Virus record (IMG/VR): IMGVR_UViG_3300045988_162372
Source of the DNA: a virus
Length of the DNA stretch: 64,000 nt
Reading direction: 5' to 3' (one strand)
Shown: in pieces, positions 61,675 through 64,000 of the stretch
How positions within the stretch are numbered: the stretch's first letter is position 1
Layout: every line of letters begins with the position of its first letter
Program-made: the position numbers and the translations under genes
Notes under the pieces: generated by a model
What the model saw: only the letters and a program-made list of their open reading frames with translations
Databases searched by the model: none
Told to the model about the DNA's origin: nothing

Positions 61675-61738
61675 AATGTTCTAATTTAAATTGTTTATAT
61701 ATTATAAGATAACAAATCAACACAATAATATCAAGCCA

Positions 61739-62473
61739 TTAACCCTTATAAAAATCATATCCAAATAACGCAAAATCCCCTTTGCAAGGATCATCTGGAA
61801 ATATTTCTTTCAGTCTATCGGTTATTTCCACAACGGTTTTCCAATCATTACTTTTCCTATTTGTCAAACCTAATTCTCTTGCTGTATTCCCAACATGAAC
61901 ATCAAGAGGTATATACAATTCCGAACTTTCCACTCCGTTCCATATGCCAATATCAACTGGTGAATCTTTTCTAACCATCCACCGTAGAAACATACACATT
62001 CTCTTACAAGCACTGGTTGGCATCACAAACTTCTTCGACTTTGAACATATTTCTTGTAATTTATATGGTAATTCCTTGCCCTGATGTAGCCAATGTTCGG
62101 CAAGGAATTCTAACTTTCCATAACAGTCATATGTCTCAAATAAAATGCCAAATATTCTATGCAAATCCTCATATTTAACAAACCGATAAAAAACATCGTT
62201 ATTGTCTTTGAATTTTTCATATTTCCGATTCATCAACCATTCATAAGGTTTCCCTTCAAACATATCATCAATCACTTTGCACTTCTTGACAATTTGTTTC
62301 CTGTTACCAAACGCAAGATAGGCACTTATAAAACCACTGACTTCTATGTCTTGTATTTTAGTGTATTGTCTGGGAAATATGATAGGATCTTCTTTGAAAT
62401 ACTCCATATCTTCATATTTCTCAGCCAACTCTATCAATAATTGTTTTCTATCGTATTCTTGTAGATAATACAT
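61739..62473 (-). CDS. DUF2400 / TIGR02757-family protein
   Basis: FISAYLAFGNRKQI and CKRMCMFLRWMVRKDSPVDIGIWNGV..LYIPLDVHVGNTARELGL match that family's conserved blocks. Confidence 0.65.
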   Translation of the reverse strand: MYYLQEYDRKQLLIELAEKYEDMEYFKEDPIIFPRQYTKIQDIEVSGFISAYLAFGNRKQIVKKCKVIDDMFEGKPYEWLMNRKYEKFKDNNDVFYRFVKYEDLHRIFGILFETYDCYGKLEFLAEHWLHQGKELPYKLQEICSKSKKFVMPTSACKRMCMFLRWMVRKDSPVDIGIWNGVESSELYIPLDVHVGNTARELGLTNRKSNDWKTVVEITDRLKEIFPDDPCKGDFALFGYDFYKG

Positions 62474-62714
62474 TGTCTGTAATATGTTTTAAGTGTTCTG
62501 AAATCCGTATATTTTCCATTATCCTCGGCAAATATTGGTCAAGCAATTCCAATGTCTCTTTATGGTTAACATCCATATCAAGATTCCAATATATTCTCTT
62601 CCGTACTTCCAGGTGTTCGTTTTTAAGATATTTATCAACGAATTCTTGAAGATTTTGATATAGTATTTTGTCTTGATTACTCATAAAAATCTTTCTTCTT
62701 AATAAGTGTCTCAT
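62448..62714 (-). CDS. Hypothetical protein
   Basis: 88-aa ATG ORF overlapping the next gene by 26 nt. Confidence 0.5.
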   Translation of the reverse strand: MRHLLRRKIFMSNQDKILYQNLQEFVDKYLKNEHLEVRKRIYWNLDMDVNHKETLELLDQYLPRIMENIRISEHLKHITDNVLSTRIR

Positions 62715-62845
62715 TATATTCTTTCCAACTTTTCCTTTTATTCAAAAATGTTATCGGTACATCCTTTGCTGATGGGAATAAAGTTAAAGATATAAAGGGG
62801 CTAACATCACATTAACTCCTTTATATCGTTTTATGTGGTTATTTA

Positions 62846-63919
62846 TCACTTCTTAAAGAAGAGAACTACTCTATTCCAATTGTTTTCCGTGTATGGCTGT
62901 TCAGCATCGCCAATGCCTTCAGTTTCAATTCTATTAGCGTCAATACCGAATGTGTTTACCAATACTTTCTTAACAGATTCTGCTCTCTTGGTAGACAACA
63001 TTTTATTATAAGAGGTTGAACCAGTTTTCTTATCTGCATAACCTTTCAAAACAATGTTAAGTGTAGTATCGTTCTTCATCGCTTCTGCAATGCAGCTAAG
63101 ATTTGCCATCTGTACCTCGTCAACCTTGTATTTGTTGATTTGGAAGGAAACGACATTGGGAAGCGTAGGAGAAACGTCTTTGGTACTGATATAAACAGTA
63201 TCATGTACTGCCTTTGCTTTTTCAAGACTATCAGCCAAAGATTGATTAGCTGCTCGTAAATCATTAATCTTCCGATTCAACGCATTATATTCAACAGGAT
63301 CAATTACATTGACAAACTTGAAATTATGTGTGCCATTTGAATTCTTAAATTTGTAAGTTACACCAACTGATAAACTAACATATGAATGATCAATCGCTTT
63401 ATCAGGAAGATAGGTATATGCAGGAATAATATTTAATTGCCAAGCCTTCTTTTTATCGAAGTTCCAATTAATTTCTACGCCGCCTTTTACAGCTACACTA
63501 TTGCTGACATAATCATAGGTATGAAACCATCCTGTACCAAGTACACCAACAAACTCCCAATTTCTCGGCTCTCCCCTATATCCGCCAAATATATTTGAGA
63601 AGTTAAACAAAGCGTCAACTCCGAGCATTGTATGGTCTACAACTGTCTTCCCCAACTCGGAGAAACCTCCTTCCAATTCAATCTGCGCTCCGATATTAGG
63701 ATTGAAATATTTTCCAAATTTAATCGTTGCCATCGGATTGATGTTGGGCCAAAATGCATTAGTCTGGTGATGATTTTGCAAAGACCAACTTCCGCCTCCA
63801 TAAACGCCAATAAAAGCGTTGTCATACCATTTACTGTCTTTAACATCTGTCTGCAAGGTCTGCGCATTTACATTCATACACAGAATTGCTGAAAGAAACA
63901 AAAACAAAATCTTCTTCAT
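62846..63919 (-). CDS. OmpA-family outer-membrane protein (beta-barrel N-domain plus OmpA C-domain)
   Basis: Signal peptide MKKILFLFLSAILCMNVNAQ. The C-terminus LKGYADKKTGSTSYNKMLSTKRAESVKKVL is the OmpA peptidoglycan-binding motif. Confidence 0.8.
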   Translation of the reverse strand: MKKILFLFLSAILCMNVNAQTLQTDVKDSKWYDNAFIGVYGGGSWSLQNHHQTNAFWPNINPMATIKFGKYFNPNIGAQIELEGGFSELGKTVVDHTMLGVDALFNFSNIFGGYRGEPRNWEFVGVLGTGWFHTYDYVSNSVAVKGGVEINWNFDKKKAWQLNIIPAYTYLPDKAIDHSYVSLSVGVTYKFKNSNGTHNFKFVNVIDPVEYNALNRKINDLRAANQSLADSLEKAKAVHDTVYISTKDVSPTLPNVVSFQINKYKVDEVQMANLSCIAEAMKNDTTLNIVLKGYADKKTGSTSYNKMLSTKRAESVKKVLVNTFGIDANRIETEGIGDAEQPYTENNWNRVVLFFKK

Positions 63920-63965
63920 AATTTTTTACTTTTTTATAATTTTAAATTGTTTATTTTTAATACCG

Positions 63966-63996
63966 CAAAGATACGGTAATTTTTCTATTCGACAAA
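63966..63996 (-). promoter_or_regulatory. Bacteroidota-type promoter (minus strand)
   Basis: The + strand has CAAAGATA at 63966-63973, a 19-nt gap, then CAAA at 63993-63996, 47 nt upstream of the ATG at 63919. Confidence 0.7.
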
Positions 63997-64000
63997 ATAA

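Noticed and set aside
23683-63892. Sense-strand (+) ORFs inside the minus block, for example 23683..24126, 25554..25901, 26437..26742, 44584..44799, 49950..50396, 55247..55576, 58172..58537 and 63632..63892.
   Set aside because: The reasoning is the same: they are embedded antisense to longer, motif-bearing minus-strand genes. Only 34794..35183 (the TnpB fragment) has independent support.
1-64000. tRNA, rRNA or CRISPR arrays. tRNA genes might be expected given the tRNA-repair genes.
   Set aside because: Scanning the intergenic regions longer than 80 nt by eye, I found no cloverleaf-like GC-rich segment, no T-loop GGTTCGAATCC-type motif outside coding sequence, and no regularly spaced direct repeats. 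A tRNAscan or Infernal run is still advisable.

Overview
AT-rich, very densely packed 64-kb segment that reads as part of a large dsDNA phage or prophage of a Bacteroidota host. It holds about 100 short, abutting or overlapping ORFs. There are no obvious Shine-Dalgarno sites. At least ten intergenic promoters fit the Bacteroides consensus TTTG-N19/20-TAnnTTTG. Genes run on + from 0.3 to 23.06 kb and on - from 63.9 down to 23.1 kb, and the two blocks converge on a bidirectional terminator.

Main content:
1. A complete diversity-generating retroelement (DGR) at 40.5-45.4 kb, ordered target gene, avd, TR, RT on the - strand. The 123-bp TR and VR differ at 20 positions, and every one is a TR adenine. 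The target is an 880-aa tail-fibre-like protein with BspA-type leucine-rich repeats and a C-terminal lectin-fold tip.
2. The only two long G/C homopolymers I could find, G9 at 22287 and G10 at 40219. Each breaks the reading frame of a gene: a DUF1566-like protein and a T4-Dam-like methyltransferase. A second methyltransferase-like gene is split by one in-frame TAG.
3. An unusually rich RNA/tRNA repair set: an HD-kinase fusion, two RNA ligases, a Thg1-like enzyme, a CCA-adding enzyme, a PF10127-type nucleotidyltransferase, a YqeY protein, HAD and metallophosphatases, and a DEDD exonuclease.
4. Five paralogs sharing an invariant N-terminal D-[VI]-I-T-N-S-S-[ST]-E-[VI]-F motif, flanking the ligases.
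5. Auxiliary metabolism and stress genes: NadD, PncA, a short PurA-like protein, TelA, vWA, ClpP-like, and a radical-SAM-like protein.
6. A truncated TnpB fragment inside a small island.

I found no rRNA, tRNA or CRISPR array. I could not recognise capsid, portal, terminase or integrase genes. All functional calls come from motifs read by eye and need HMM or structure confirmation.
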